Below, one piece after another: positions 38,078-51,355 of a stretch of DNA of 64,000 nt. Positions within the stretch are counted from its first letter, which is position 1; the number at the start of each line of letters is the position of its first letter. The stretch is taken from assembly GCA_977017645.1 (NCBI GenBank), contig OZ360219.1:153574001-153638000 (forward strand), given 5' to 3'. The notes below the pieces were generated by a model. It ran no database searches, was not told where the DNA came from, and saw nothing but the letters and a program-made list of their open reading frames with translations. Position numbers and translations under genes: made by a program. The DNA is from Torpedo marmorata (taxonomy: Eukaryota).

Positions 38078-39786
38078 TGATCTTGTTTATCTTCTTTCCT
38101 TGGCCAATGTTCTGTATTAGGGTCTTCAGAGTAGGTATCATATTCTTCAGTTTCAATCTCTGAAGTCTGCTGGATGTCTTTGTTTTTGACATCTGATTCA
38201 AACGATGTATCCTGCTCCCCAGCATATAGTGATGCCTGGGGAGCATCTCCTCTTCTGCTAGCTTCCCTTGATAATGCCCATTGTAGTTCTTGTGATCGTG
38301 TCATTTCGTGCATGTGTATTACCTCCGGCGCGATCCTTGTAGTTTTCCTCCGAGCGCCGGCGCCATCTTCTCCAGCTCCCTGAAGAGGTAGTGTCGGCGC
38401 TGCGGATTCTCCAGATGATCTTCCACGCTGCGATTTCGGTAAGGGCATTACGGCAGCTCCAGGCTCCAGCTGACAGGTAGGCCGTTTTTCTTCTTGTATT
38501 AGAGTCGATTGAATCATTGTTTTCTTCCCTCTCTGTTCCTTTGTTTTTCTTGAGGCCATTGTAGAGAATTTAATAGTAATTTTCAGATTACTTAAAAAAC
38601 TTTAAAAGTTAATTAAAAAGGCTTCTTGGTCTAATCTGTGAGGAGAGGTGTAATTCCACGTCCTTCACCTACGCCATCACGCCACGCTGGAAGACTTATT
38701 ACGTTTCAAAGAATGAAAGATAAATTTAATATATTAGATAATACATTTTTAGCTTATTATCAAGTTAAAGCTTTTTTAATCGAGAAATTAGGTCATGCTT
38801 TGATTTTACAAAGACAAAATGAATTAGAATTATTAGTCACCAATGGAGAAGTTAACAAATTTATTTCTCAAATGTATAAATTGTTTCAGAAGAAAATGCC
38901 TAAAGTAGGAATTCATAAATCAAGATTAAAATGGGAATGAGATTTGAATGTAAGAATAGATGAAAATCATTGGAAAGAATTATGTAAATTAAGTATGACG
39001 AAGATTATTAATGTTAGATATAGATTAGTACAATATAATTTTTTTCATCAATTATATTTAACACCTAAAAAATTAAAGAAATTTAATCCGACATTATCAG
39101 GTTTATGTTTTAGATGTAATAATGAGGAAGGTTCTTTTGTACATTCTACATGGTTTTGTCCAAAGATTCAAGATTGTTGGTTGAAAGTAAAAAATTTTTT
39201 AGATAAAGTATTTAATATTACATTTCCAATGGATCCTATGTTATTTTTATTTGGAGATATTAGAAAATTTAGTATTAAAAAGAAATTAAATATGTTTCAA
39301 GTAGAATTTTTACGAATTGCTTTAGCAGTTTCGAAAAAATGCATTGCTATTACTTGGAAATCTGACTTAGATTTAGGATTAGAAAGATGGCATGCAGAAC
39401 TTCGTTCGTGTATACCACTGGAAAAAATTACTTATAATTTACGTAATAAATATCATTTCTTTTTGAAAATTTGGAGCCCATATATGAGAGCTGTGGGTTT
39501 AAGGATTTGAAGATCTCTGGATATCGGATCTACTGGCAAACTGGACCTCCGTAATAGAATTAGTTTATAGATGATATTCCCCTTACTCTATCTTTTCCTT
39601 TCTTTCTTTTTTTTCTATTTTTATTTTTATTGTTACTTTATATTATTAGATTAGTGGGGATGGGGGGTTAGGGAGGGGAGGGAGGTGGGGGGATGAAAAT
39701 ATATCACATGTATTTTGACAATTTTATATTTTATTCTATTTATTTTGTGATTTAAAAGTTTAAATAAAATAAAAATAATTTAAAAA
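38078..39786 (+). mobile_element. L1 with 5' inversion: inverted 5'UTR and ORF1 start (38078-38685) joined to the ORF2 3' end
   Basis: Minus-strand MASRKTKEQRGKK... ORF1 start; plus-strand ORF2 C-terminus and polyA; 15-bp TSD AAGA(A/T)AGAAATCATC (38063-38077, 39787-39801). Confidence 0.85.
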
Positions 39787-39989
39787 AAGATAGAAATCAT
39801 CGTGAAGATCACAGTTACGTAGCCATAACAAGATAGGGGGAAACTTGTGAACACAATCGTATGAAGACTATCTCTGAAAGACAACCCATCAAAAGACGTG
39901 TGAGTTTGAAAGATATCGAATGCTCCATTCTTGCTTTATAATAACTGCGGAGATTAGAAATCGAATGCTCCATTCTTGCTTTATAATAT

Positions 39990-40515
39990 CTGCGGAGATT
40001 CGGTATGTCACCAAAGACTCTCGTAAACTTCTACAGGTGTACCGTGGAGAGCATTCTGGCTGGTTGCATCACTGCCTGGTATGGAGGCGCCAACTCCCAG
40101 GACAAGAGTAAACTCCAGAGGGTTGTTAACTCGGCCTGTGACATCACAGGCACCAAACTTCACTCCATCGAGGACATCTACATGAGGCGGTGTCTTAAAA
40201 AAGCAGCCTCTATCCTCAAGGACCCCCACCACCCAGGCCATGCCCTCTTCACTCTGCTTCCATCGGGAAAAAGGCACAGGAGCCTAAAGACGAGCACTCA
40301 ACGGCACAAGGACAGCTTCTTCCCCGCTGCCATCAGATTCCTGAATAATCAATGAACCAAAGACACTGCCTTACTTTTCGTGCACTATTGTTTATAATTT
40401 TTTATAGTAATGTCGTTAGATGGTTAATATGAATGTTAATTGCACTATAATGCTGCCGCAAAACACCGAATTTCATGACTTGTTCATGACAATAAATTCT
40501 GATTCTGACTTCTGA
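39990..40515 (+). mobile_element. Rex1/Babar 3' fragment in the Gmr1 5' LTR
   Basis: Near-identical to the reverse complement of 36041-36555; (GATTCT)n tail. Confidence 0.9.
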
Positions 40516-43500
40516 ATTGCAATTTAAAAGGGATCCTGAAGTTCAACAAAAGAAGTTGGAAACTGGACTTTAAAAATTGACTTTTTCAGATTTAAGTTTA
40601 AGCTGAAATGGTTTGGACTTTAACACACACACATTTACATTTGCGCATAGTGGGGTTTAAGTTAGAGTTAAGTTAAGAGATAAGTAAGATATGTTATTAA
40701 TAGTTTAAATAAAAAAAATATTTTTGAATTTACCATTGTCTGGTGAATCTTCCATTGCTGTTCCTTTGTTAGTACTAGCAAGGTTTGTTAGTTCGTAACA
40801 AAATTGGGGGCTCGTTCGCGATTTAACCAAATAATTTTTGAAAGTCAATTAAAAGGCTTATTGTGTGTGTGTAAACAAAACAGCATCAATGGGTTTTGAT
40901 AAATGTTTGGTCACACCAAGTGGTGTATATTTGAAAGTGGAGGAGACTTGGTCAAAGTCTGCAAATATTGCAGATGATTATGTTTTAAACCCCAAAACTA
41001 AGTGTGGGCCAAGTGAAACTTTCCAAGTGAGACTTGATAAGCTTTAGGAATGGCGAAGCTCTTCAGAGTTGCAGATGGTTGAGAATGAGGTGGTAAAACA
41101 ATTTACTGAGAATAAATCTCTTAAGCAGCAGGTACAGATTGAGTTAGAGAGACGTAGAATGGAGATTGAACTACGTAGAATGGAGATTGAACTACGTATA
41201 AAGGAGATGGAGTTAGAAAAATATAGAATTATGAAAGATAGAGAGGAAGCAGGAAAACAAAGAGAGGAAGCAGAACAGCAAAGGAGATTTGAGGCAGAAG
41301 AAGCTGAAAGGCAGAGGCAGTTTGAGCTAGAATTAGAAAAACTTAGAGCTGAGGAAGCCCAAAGGAAATGGGAGTTTGAAGATAGAAGGAGAGAAGCAGA
41401 AAAAAAACGGAGGTTTGAAATAGAAATGAGAGAAATGGAAACTTGGTCAGATTTTGCAGAATTTGCAAATGAGTATGATTTAAATCCAGATCTTAAATTA
41501 AAGCCGTGGAACTTTTAAAAAGGGGCAAAATTCTGCTACATTTGCAGATGAGGATCACAATGTGAAATTTGTGCCCAAAATACCTTTTCAAAAGGGTAAC
41601 ATGAAGTACCAAAATAAGGTAAAACCTTTTGGTTTATTTTGTGACTATTGTAAGAAACATGGTCATGTGGTAGAGAATTGTTTTTTCTTGAAGAGAAATA
41701 GAGAACAGAAAACAGTGCGAGATGCTTGTATTCAAGGAGATGAAAACCAGGGAAATAAAGAAGGGATTGTTGGTAAAATTAGGAAGGAATGTAAATCTTT
41801 TGTGTCAGGAGGTAAGGTTGTTCCTGCAGTAAAGTATCCAATTAAGTTTGAAGCTGAATGGGGAATTGTAGCCAGCAAAGAAAAGGCTGAGCAAACTGGG
41901 TTAAACGTTATGTCTAAAAACTTTGCCAGTGAAGAAAATACTGGACAGATTGATTTAAAAGACACACAAGCTTGTGAAATTAAAAAACAGGCACAAGAAG
42001 AAGCAGGTTGTGGTGACTCATCGGTCACTGTGAATGTTTCTTTGTTACACCAGAGATCTAGAATTGAGCTCGAAAGTAGTGACTGTGCACAGCAGATGAA
42101 AGAGGATTTGTCTTTATCCAGAGCAAAGTTAATAGAGAAACAGAATAAAGAAATTGATCTTGCTGAAGTGAGAGAAAAAGTACTATCTGCTGAAGAAATT
42201 AAGACCGTGCCAGTTGGTTACTATTTAAAAGAAGGAATATTAATGAGAGCATGGAGGTCACTTGAGATTCCTGCTCATGAAGAATGGGCAGTTGTTCATC
42301 AGGTTGTGGTTCCTAAAGATTATAGGGATGAGATTTTAAAACTAGCCCATAGCACACCTTTAGGTAGACATCTTGGGGTAAAGAAAACTACCGGTACCTA
42401 TAAAATTATGAAACAATTTTATTGGCCTAATTTAAGAAAAGATGTTAAGAGATTTTGTAGGACCTGTCACACTTGTCAGGTTGTGGGGAAGCCTAATCAA
42501 AGTCCCACAGTGGCACCTTTAAAACCTATTCCAGTTTTTGGGGAATCTTTTTCTAAAGTTATTGTGGATTGTGTTGGTCCATTGCCCAAAACAAAAGCTG
42601 GAAATGAATATTTATTGACCATTATGTGTGTAGCTTCCAGGTTTCCTGAAGCAATACCACTTAAGAATATTAAAGCAGAAACTGTGTATGGGGCTTTGGT
42701 GAAATGTTTCACTTCATTTGGTTTGTCTAAAGAGATACAATCAGATCAGGGAAGTAATTTCATGTCAGGTGTATTTCAACGGTTAGTTAATAAATTGGGA
42801 TCTAAACAAATTACATCATCTGCATATCACACAGAATCTCAGAGAGCTTTGGAGAGATTCCATTCGACTTTAAAAACTATGATGAGGACTTATTGTTTAG
42901 AGAATGAGAAGGATTGGGATGAAGGTGTTCATTTACTTTTATTTGCAGTAAGGGAAACAATACAATAATTGTTAGGCTTTAGTCATTTTGAGTTAGTGTT
43001 TGGACATGAGGTCAGGGGACCTTTAATGTTGTTGAAAGAACAGTGGGTTAATGAGGATGTGCAGTTGAATTTGTTAGAGTATGTTTCAAAGTTCATTTAC
43101 AGAAGGTCTGTAAGATAGCTAAGGAGAATTTAAAAGTGGCTCAAGGTGATATGAAGGTTTGGTATGACGGAAAAGCAAGAGAGAGAATTTTAAACCAGGG
43201 GATAAGGTGTTAATTCTTTTTCCAACAATTTCTAATCCTTTTAGAGCAAAATTTTCAGGAACTTATGAAATAGAATCTAAGGTAAATGAAGTTAATTATG
43301 TGGTTAAAACTCCTGATAGGAGACGTAAAACACAGAGTTGCCACGTTAACATGTTAAAACTTTATTTGGAGAATATGGATGTTAGCTAGAAGCAGCCTTC
43401 ACTAGAGGTATTGGTTGTGGAGAAAACGGAGGTTATGGATCATGAAACTATACAAGCTAATTTTTGTGAGAGTCATTTTAAAGAGAATATTGTTCCAGTT

Positions 43501-43888
43501 TGTTTGCCTAATTCAAGTGTATTGGAAAATTTGGATGAGAATTTGGCTCATTTGAAACCTCAGGAAAAGGAACAAATAAGACAGTTGATTTTAAAATCCA
43601 GAAATTTATTTCTGGATGTGCCACAGAGAGCATGCCACAATGTTGATGTTGGAGATGCAAATCCTATCAAACAGCATCCATACAGAATGAATATTGAAAA
43701 ATGTAAACAGGTAGATCAAGAGATTGAGTACATGTTAAAGAATGATATTATTAGACGTTCTACTTCAGATTGGAGTTCACCTTGTGTACTGGTACCTAAA
43801 TCAGATGGGACAGTTAGATTTTGCACTGATTATAGAAAAGTTAATGCAGTGACAAAGACAGATGCTTATCCTATCCCTAGGGTAGATG

Positions 43889-43939
43889 TAAAAAACACAA
43901 ATGCTGGAGAAACTCAGCAGGTCAAACAGTGTCTTTTAT
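43889..43939 (-). mobile_element. 51-bp Penelope terminal fragment inserted in frame in the Gmr1 RT
   Basis: AAAAAACACAAATGCTGGAGAAACTCAGCAGGTCAAACAGTGTCTTTTAT is the reverse complement of the Penelope terminus; 9-bp duplication GGGT(A/G)GATG. Confidence 0.85.
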
Positions 43940-45233
43940 GGGTGGATGATTGTGTGGATAAGATTGGAAAAGCTACCTTTATTACAAAGATAGATTTATT
44001 AAAAGGTTACTGGTGTGTTCCCTTAACAGAAAGAGGAAGAGAAATTTCAGCCTTTGTAACCCCATTGGGTTTATATCAGTACAATATTTTACCATTTGGA
44101 ATGAAGAATGCTCCAGGAACATTTCAAAGGATGATTAATTCTGTGTCTCAAGATTTAGAACATACAGATGCTTATATTGATGACTTGGTTACAGGGAATG
44201 ATACATGGGAAGAACACATCTCTGCGTTAGAGAAATTGTTTGATAAACTTTTGAAAGCCAATCTTACTGTTGATTTAGCTAAAAGTGAATTTTGTAATGC
44301 TAAGGTGACTTATCATGGTTATGTTGTTGGCCAGGGAAAACTGGAGCTTGTTCAAGCTAAAATTCAGACAATTATTGAATTTCTTGTACCCACGGGTAAG
44401 AAAGCTGTGAGGAGATTTTTAGGAATGGTTGGGTACTACAGAAAGTTCTGTAAAAACTTAGCTGACATTGCCATTCCTCTGACTGTTCTATTGCAGAAGA
44501 GTGACTTTGATAATATTGAAAATCCAGTGGCTAATGTATCTAAAAAAATTCAATCAACACCAAAAGAATTATTCTACTATTGAAAAGGAATTATTGTCTC
44601 TTGTATGGGCTTTGCAACATTTTGAAGTATATATTTACAATGCTATGGGATCAATTGTGGTTTTTACCGACCATAATCCATTGGTGTTTTTGAGTAAAAT
44701 GAAACTTAAAAATAGACGGTTGTTGAACTGGAGTTTAATTTTACAAGAATATGACTTGGTTATAATGCATATTAGGGGCAGAGACAATGTTATTGCTGAT
44801 TGCCTGTCCAGATGTTGAATTTACATGTTATTTCTGCATTATTTGTTTGTATCGTGTTGTGTAAGAAATCTATTAAACAAATGGTAGATCGTAATTTAAA
44901 ATTTTGACCTTTTAGAAGTTCAAAATTTTCTCTGTGGAACGGAGGTGTAACAAATGTGTTAATGTTAATATTAATATTTAAAGTTAAGTTATAGAATTAT
45001 ATATCTTAGTAAGGTTAGTTATGGGCTGGTACAGGGTCACACACAGGTCACAGCACATTTGTAGAAAAAAAACCATTACTCAGAGAGAGAGTTCAGTTTG
45101 GAGTCGTTGCGTCTTCAAAGACAAAAGCCATAAAAACTGAAGTGGTTTTTAAAAGCCTTAGGATAGCAGCTGTTGCAAACTCAAGTGCCATTTGAGTGAA
45201 ATATGCCAGACTATTCGGAGTCATAATCACTTT

Positions 45234-45425
45234 AAGCAGGCACAGGACTGGTCAGTACTTGGAGGGGAGACCGCCAAGGAACACCAGGTGCTGTAGGTTT
45301 CTGTGAGGGGCGCTGGACAAAATAGCGACCCTCTGTCTGCCTTACGGTAGACAAAAATTAAAGAATTTCATGTATGTTACATTCTAAATGTAGTATTACG
45401 TGACAATAATGGAACCTTTACCTTT
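45234..45425 (+). mobile_element. Short retroposon 3' fragment inserted in the Gmr1 3' LTR
   Basis: Absent from the 5' LTR; GACAATAA plus (ACCTTT)n tail. Confidence 0.7.
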
Positions 45426-47544
45426 TTATAATCTTGGAACAGAGATGAGGTCAGATGTTTTTGGATGTAAGTAATTTTGAAGAAAGGCATGAGGTAATGC
45501 TTTCAAAAATGAAACTAAAACTGTGGTGATGTAATGTCACATGATGTCAGAAATATATAATAAAAGGAGAGAGACATTTTGAAACAGATTGAACCAGACT
45601 GCACCAGACTGAAGAAACTCTGACACTTTGGAAGGACAAAGAAAAAATCTGAGAACTTTGATATTCTGGAAAGGCAGAATCATTTTATGAACAGTGATCT
45701 CTAAGTGAATGGAGGTGCTGTTTCTGTGTATTATCCTTATCATAGGAGATACACCATATAAGTGGCTTTTAAAATAAGTAAGACCACTTTCAAATTGTTT
45801 CTAAGAAAAGAGAACATCACCGTATGTTACTCCTGATCAAGAAAGAAATCATCGTGAAGATCACAGTTCCGTAACCCTAACAAGATAGGGGGAAACATGT
45901 GAACACAATCGTATGAAGACTATCTCTGAAAGACCACTCATCAAAAGACGTGTGAGTTTGAAAGAAATCGAATGCTCCATTCTTGCTTTATAATAATTTC
46001 TGAATTACAATTTAAAAGGGATCCTGAAGTTCAACAAAAGAAGATGGAAACTTGACTTTAAAAATGGACTTTTTCAGATTTAAGTTTAAGCTGAAATAGT
46101 TTGGACTTTTAACACACACACATTTACATTTGTGCATAGTGGGGTTTAAGTTAGAGTTAAGTGTAGAGATAAGTAAGATATGTTACGTTATTACCGTAAT
46201 AGTTTAAATAAAAAAATATTTTTGAATTTACCATTGTCTGGTGAATCTTCCATTGCTGTCCCTTTGTTAGTACTAGCAAGGTTTGTTAGTTCGTAACACA
46301 ATACTCAAAAAGTTCATTTTTATACATATATTTACAGTATTTAAAACAGTATGTACAAATAGCACCATATTCTCTGGTTATGATATAGTAGTAGTCCACA
46401 AACACAAAAAACATCAGGAGGTGTTCCATCCTTCTGCACTGGTGATAACAGTGTTACTTAGCATAACTTTGTAAGTATTGATTGCCCAATAATCATTGGT
46501 TGGCGTCTGCAGGAGTGATCATCCTACATCTCATTTTTACGTACATTCTGCAAGTGTTTTGGTTTTCTCAGAGCTGTTACTTAAGAGGACTTAAACCTTT
46601 TCATATTCCCAGAATATAAATGCTGCCATCTGTCCTCAATCAAGAAATAATTCATCCTACCAGACAGGAATTGTTTTTGTGAAAGAAATGAAGGCCTAAG
46701 ATTTAATTTTAAGAGCAATGGAATAAATAAATAGATCATGTTATATACCAATAAACAGGCTTATTTGGAAAGCCTTCCACTTTGCACAGTTCTTTTGTTC
46801 TGAACCCCTTCAGCTTATTCTGTAAATAAACATGTTCTGAAAATGATGTGTAAGCTTGCATTTCTGATGTGTACAATGCTGAGTAACTGAACATCAAACA
46901 ACTTGAAATAATGGGGCTGTTTTAGTATTGCATTGTTTTAATTTCTGTAGATCTATTTCTCTAATTAGTTTACAAATGAGGTAGTTTTTTTTTATTTGTG
47001 ACTTTAATGTCTTGCACTTGAGGCATTTTATCTTTCATGCAAGGTAATAATACATCTACCCTTCCTTATTATACTGTATAATAAAATCTACATTTGCTGT
47101 TCACTAATTCATGTTCAAAAGAGCAGTTGCTAAAACATGTATCTGTGCGTTTAATAAATGCACAGATGACCCACTTTTTTTCTAAATTAAACACCTAATG
47201 AAACCAAAATTGACACTTCAAGGTGCAAGCGTTTCCCCCCCCCACCCCCCCAAAAGAATAGCATGCTGTCCCGCTAGAGCTAATGTTTGTATCAGTTTTG
47301 AAACTGGATTTCTGCACACACAATTATCAAACAACACATACACTGTTCAGTTATGTAGGAATATGTTGAGCAAGATCAGGGATTTTTTTCAAATGGTGAT
47401 AGATAATTCCCATTACTTTATGCTCAGAACAATATTTACATATACAAGTGAAAGACACATTATCATTTCAGCTGTAATCTCAAATGGTGATTAAGAACAT
47501 CACAGAAAGAATTTATAAAATGAAATTTTATAAAACATGTTTTT

Positions 47545-47632
47545 TCAGAATGAAAAATATTTAGTGAACCATTCCTGTTGCTGAGGATTTTTCCCTTTAG
47601 TTTCATGATTTTCAGTGTTCCCATTTCTACTG
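47545..47632 (-). CDS. Putative terminal coding exon of an unidentified gene (SRNGNTENHETKGKNPQQQEWFTKYFSF*), possibly no longer translated
   Basis: Pyrimidine tract and cag/cag tandem acceptor; open frame ending in an aromatic motif and TGA. Confidence 0.45.
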
Positions 47633-47883
47633 CTGCAACATGAACAGAAAAAAGTTAATTTGCAGTTCATTAAATATCATGTGATCTTTCATTAGTATAC
47701 GGAATAAGATAATTGCATTAGATGAGGAAAATACATTAAAAGGGCACATAAAATGGTCTTTCATATCATTGAATCTGTAGTTTATTTTTGGGAAGTATTC
47801 TTAAATGGTGGAAAATTTGTCTATTTCTCAATAGTATTCCCTAAATGAAGTCAGAAAGCAACCAGTTTATTTTGAAAGGTTAC

Positions 47884-47984
47884 CTTATTCCAATATCCTT
47901 TCTTGATTACTTTATAAATTTCATGTGATTTTCATCAGACATCAAATGATTGTCACCAGAATTTGAAGAAAAGTGAGTGTTTTA
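47884..47984 (-). pseudogene. Exon-like segment with in-frame stops
   Basis: ttttacag| ... AAG|gtaacc; the frame that joins the terminal exon contains two TAA, and the other two frames also stop. Confidence 0.4.
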
Positions 47985-48211
47985 CTGTAAAATGAAACAA
48001 AAACACTTCACAATTTATGTATCGATTCAGATTACCATAGTTTAGATGCTTAAATAACTTGTTTGATGGATAGAACAATCTTCTTGTACTTCTCTTGGCC
48101 ATCTAAAAATATTGAATTCAATACACATTTATTATTACCCACACTTTTGTATCGCACTGGTAATTTATTTTGTTGTTATATTTAGGGAAGTGGAAAGTTG
48201 TATTTAGTTAC

Positions 48212-48489
48212 CTTGACTTGGTAATGGTGAGACCTTGCCCCTGAAATTGTTGTTGTCTTTGTGATGCTTATGTTTCCATACTTGTGTTAGGTGGAGGGGT
48301 TACAGCATATTGGCTCAACAGTAATGAAGAAATAGAGACGTGTTCCAATTCGAGCAGTTGTGTAACTTGGGATTCAAATGGAATATTTGTCCTTTTGACT
48401 TTCTCTGATTGAAGCGACAGAGTGGATGGTTCAGTCAATTTAGCCTGCAGCGTATCCTTTTGGTTAACATTTTGCATCAGACACTTGTG
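48212..48489 (-). CDS. Putative exon of the unidentified gene (HKCLMQNVNQKDTLQ...PPPNTSMET*), stop before the donor
   Basis: ttctccctgcactgacag| ... AAG|gtaact; 73 open codons, then TAA at 48268-48270. Confidence 0.45.
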
Positions 48490-48629
48490 CTGTCAGTGCA
48501 GGGAGAAAGTTTCTCAGTATGGAATAAACCAAGTTTTATTTTGTATCCCTCAACATAATTAGTGGGCCTTTCATCGCACTATTAATTGAGATGTCGGTGA
48601 CAGAAGCATTGAAAAGTGAGGTGAGCTAC

Positions 48630-48677
48630 CTGTCATTGACCTTGTTTTGGTTCTTCTCTGGCAGCCACAGTGCAGAC
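48630..48677 (-). CDS. Possible 48-nt exon (SALWLPEKNQNKVND)
   Basis: ccag| ... CAG|gtagct; open in the phase-2 frame leaving the 51836 exon; splice sites are weak. Confidence 0.3.
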
Positions 48678-50374
48678 CTGGCTTAAGTCCATGGTAAAAT
48701 CTCCCTCAACAAGATATCCCTTATCATTGGGGCCCTTATTTTCTTTATTTGAAATAGTTATTGCTGACTCTTACTCATGATGAGAGGAGGCTGACTGGAA
48801 GTAATTGGCTATGTTAAATTTATCCTGCTTTTGCTGGCTTAACCATTCCAAACTAATGTATTGTCATTTTGATGCTATTTCCAGTTGTTTCAGAACAACA
48901 ATAGAGGGTCGTCCCTATTTAGAGCATAGACCTTTTGCTTGTAACCCTTATGGTGTATTTGCTCATGCCAGTTCTGATAATGCGCCATTGACCTGTAACA
49001 ATATCTGTTTCTCTTTCCACAGCTGCTACTTAACCTGCTGGGTATTTCCAGCATCTTCTGTTCATATCAGTCTTCAACATGATTGAGGCGGGGAGCAGTA
49101 AGTAAATATAAAAGAGCACCTGAGCAGTTAAAATTTTGTATTTATGAAACGGCAGCAGAAAATGCATGGACTGATTAAAGAAAAACAGAAAGCTCGAAAA
49201 GAAATGTTAAAAAAGGCTCTCTCTGAGTTGACTGTTGGCTACTATGAATAAGGAAATTAATTTGGCCATAACCTTTTCTTCAAACTCTAAAAAGCAGATA
49301 CACAACATAAAAAGGAACAGAAAGATGCAGGTAAACCAGTAAATATACCCATCCACCTTGTTTTTGAAATATTTTCATGATTTTTTTTAAACATTCATGT
49401 CCTGTCATCTGACAATTCTGAGTTTTGGTTTTGAGAAAGTTCTGACAGAAAAGCAGCATCAAAGTGTGCCATATCTTCACGCATACAATTCTAACTGCAG
49501 GACCTGACTTCAACACCACAATCAATTTTCTACAATTTCAATCATGCCTCTACTTTATGCTTCTTACTCTCCTGGAAAAATACTACATAGGGAAATGGTT
49601 TCAGCCAGGATTTAGTCAAGGCTTTAACGTCCTACATCTCCATTCTACCTTGTGTCTTGTTCCCTGTCTTGTTCTGGCGATTTGAATAGAAACATCGCTA
49701 CCTTCGCCCTTGACATAGTTTTCTACCATTCTTTGTTCCACTAACAATACACATTATAACAGAAACATTTAATTCAGATAATAAGGCACCTAACTAAATG
49801 TTTTGTCAGGGAGGTTAAAGTAAAATAAGTTAGTGGAATTATTTACGAAGAGAATTCTAAAGTTGAGGCCCTTGGCAGCTGAAGTGTTTACAATGAGGAT
49901 GCTCAACAGGCCAGAATGAGAGGAGAGCAGATCTCTGAGAGTGAAATGGTCAAAGGATGGGATCAATAACCTGGAGGGATTTGAAAGTAAGAAAGGGAAC
50001 AATTAAACCATTAATTAATTGGAGCTAAACACCATCTTCTGGAAGGTCAAGCAGCATAAATGGGGAAAAAAGAATGGTCGGCGTTTCAAGCCAAAACCAT
50101 TTATCGAGACTGGCAATGTATGTTTTTATCCCCAGTCTCAATAATGAGTTTTACCTCGATATGTTAACCTTTCTTTTTCCTCTCACTGATGCTGCTTGAC
50201 CTCCTGAGTTCTTCCAGCAGATTGCGTTTAGCTTCGGATTCCAGCTTTTGCAGTCTCCAGTGTGTCATTAATTAATTGGATCTCTGTATAAGTAGGCGAG
50301 CACCTTGGAGTTATCATAATAATTAAACACTTAGCTGACAAAGGCGTGGATGAGGGTGTAAACACCAGAAGTTT

Positions 50375-51355
50375 GTGCTGGAGCTGCTGTAACGGCAGCG
50401 CTGCCGCTGGTGCAGACCCAGGAGAGCGGAGACGCAGCACTGCTCTGAAAGTTTCAACTGCCTGGTCCTTATGCCGATGACTCTGTACATGCTTCAAACG
50501 GTCTGTTAAAGGAACTGACGGTGTTTTTAAGTGAAATCCTGCAACTGCGGAGGTCTGTGCCCAAGATGGCCACAGCTGTGCTTGGCAGCAACCACGAGGG
50601 GTTGTAGCGCACTGGCGCAGGATACCAGAAACGGGAAAAACACCTATCACTGTAAAGGAGAAGCAGAGGTGATGACCCTTCAGGATGGTGACCACAGCAG
50701 TAAACCAGTGAAAGACCCGCACGGGCTACGGGCTGCTGGAGACTGGCTCATGGGAACCAGATATTGGAGCCGGGATTTGAGAGGGTGCTGAGGGCAAAAA
50801 ATGGTCCCAGAAAGGCCTCAGGCGCTGAAGGCTTCCTGATCGCGCCGGAGGTTCGGGATCTGGAGCTTGGGTTCCCAACAGATCGAACAGGAGTCTGTGC
50901 AGCTGCAGAGGCTGCAGGAGCGCTGGAGGCGAATCCACAGACATTCAGTGACTGAAGGGACTCTCTTTGGCTTCTCTTTCTCTCTTACTGTAAGGGATGG
51001 CAGGCGACAATAATGGTGACTCCGCCTTACAGCAGGCAGAAGGCAATCTTGTGTAATATTAGATGTTCTGTACTGTACGGCATGGTTAGCGTAGCAGTTA
51101 GCGCAATGCTGTTACAACGCCAGCGATCGGGACCGGGGTTTGAATCCCACACTGTCTGCAAGAAATTTATACATTCTCCCCATGTGTGCGTGGGTTTTCC
51201 CGGGGGGCTCTGGTTTCCTCTCACCCTTCAAAACGTACCAGGGGTTGTAGGTCAATTGGGTGTAATTGGGCAACACGGGCTCGTGGGCCAAAAGGGCCTG
51301 TTACTGTGCTGTATGTTAAAATTTAAATTTATTATATGACAATAAAGGAGTCTTG
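50375..51355 (+). mobile_element. Non-autonomous GC-rich retroposon (divergent subfamily) with a V-SINE inserted near its 3' end
   Basis: 5' CTGTAACGGCAGCGCTGCCGCTGG and CAAGATGGC shared with the other copies; GACAATAAA...TCTTGA end. Confidence 0.7.
51075..51332 (+). mobile_element. V-SINE (HE1-like)
   Basis: Homologous to 26603-26880. Confidence 0.85.

Larger units (their letters stand above)
36007..46298 (+). mobile_element. Gmr1-type Gypsy LTR retrotransposon (integrase upstream of RT), degenerate; both LTRs carry nested insertions
   Basis: 5' LTR 36007-40800 (interrupted) and 3' LTR 44946-46298; TSD CAAT; tRNA-Pro-like PBS TGGGGGCTCG at 40805; order coiled-coil gag, CCHC knuckle, IN (HHCC, DCVGP, SDQG, LERFH), RT (YIDD), RNase H (NVIADCLSR). 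Confidence 0.93.

Noticed and set aside
41069-41518. E/R-rich coiled-coil host gene
   Set aside because: It lies just downstream of the PBS in the gag position of the Gmr1-like element.
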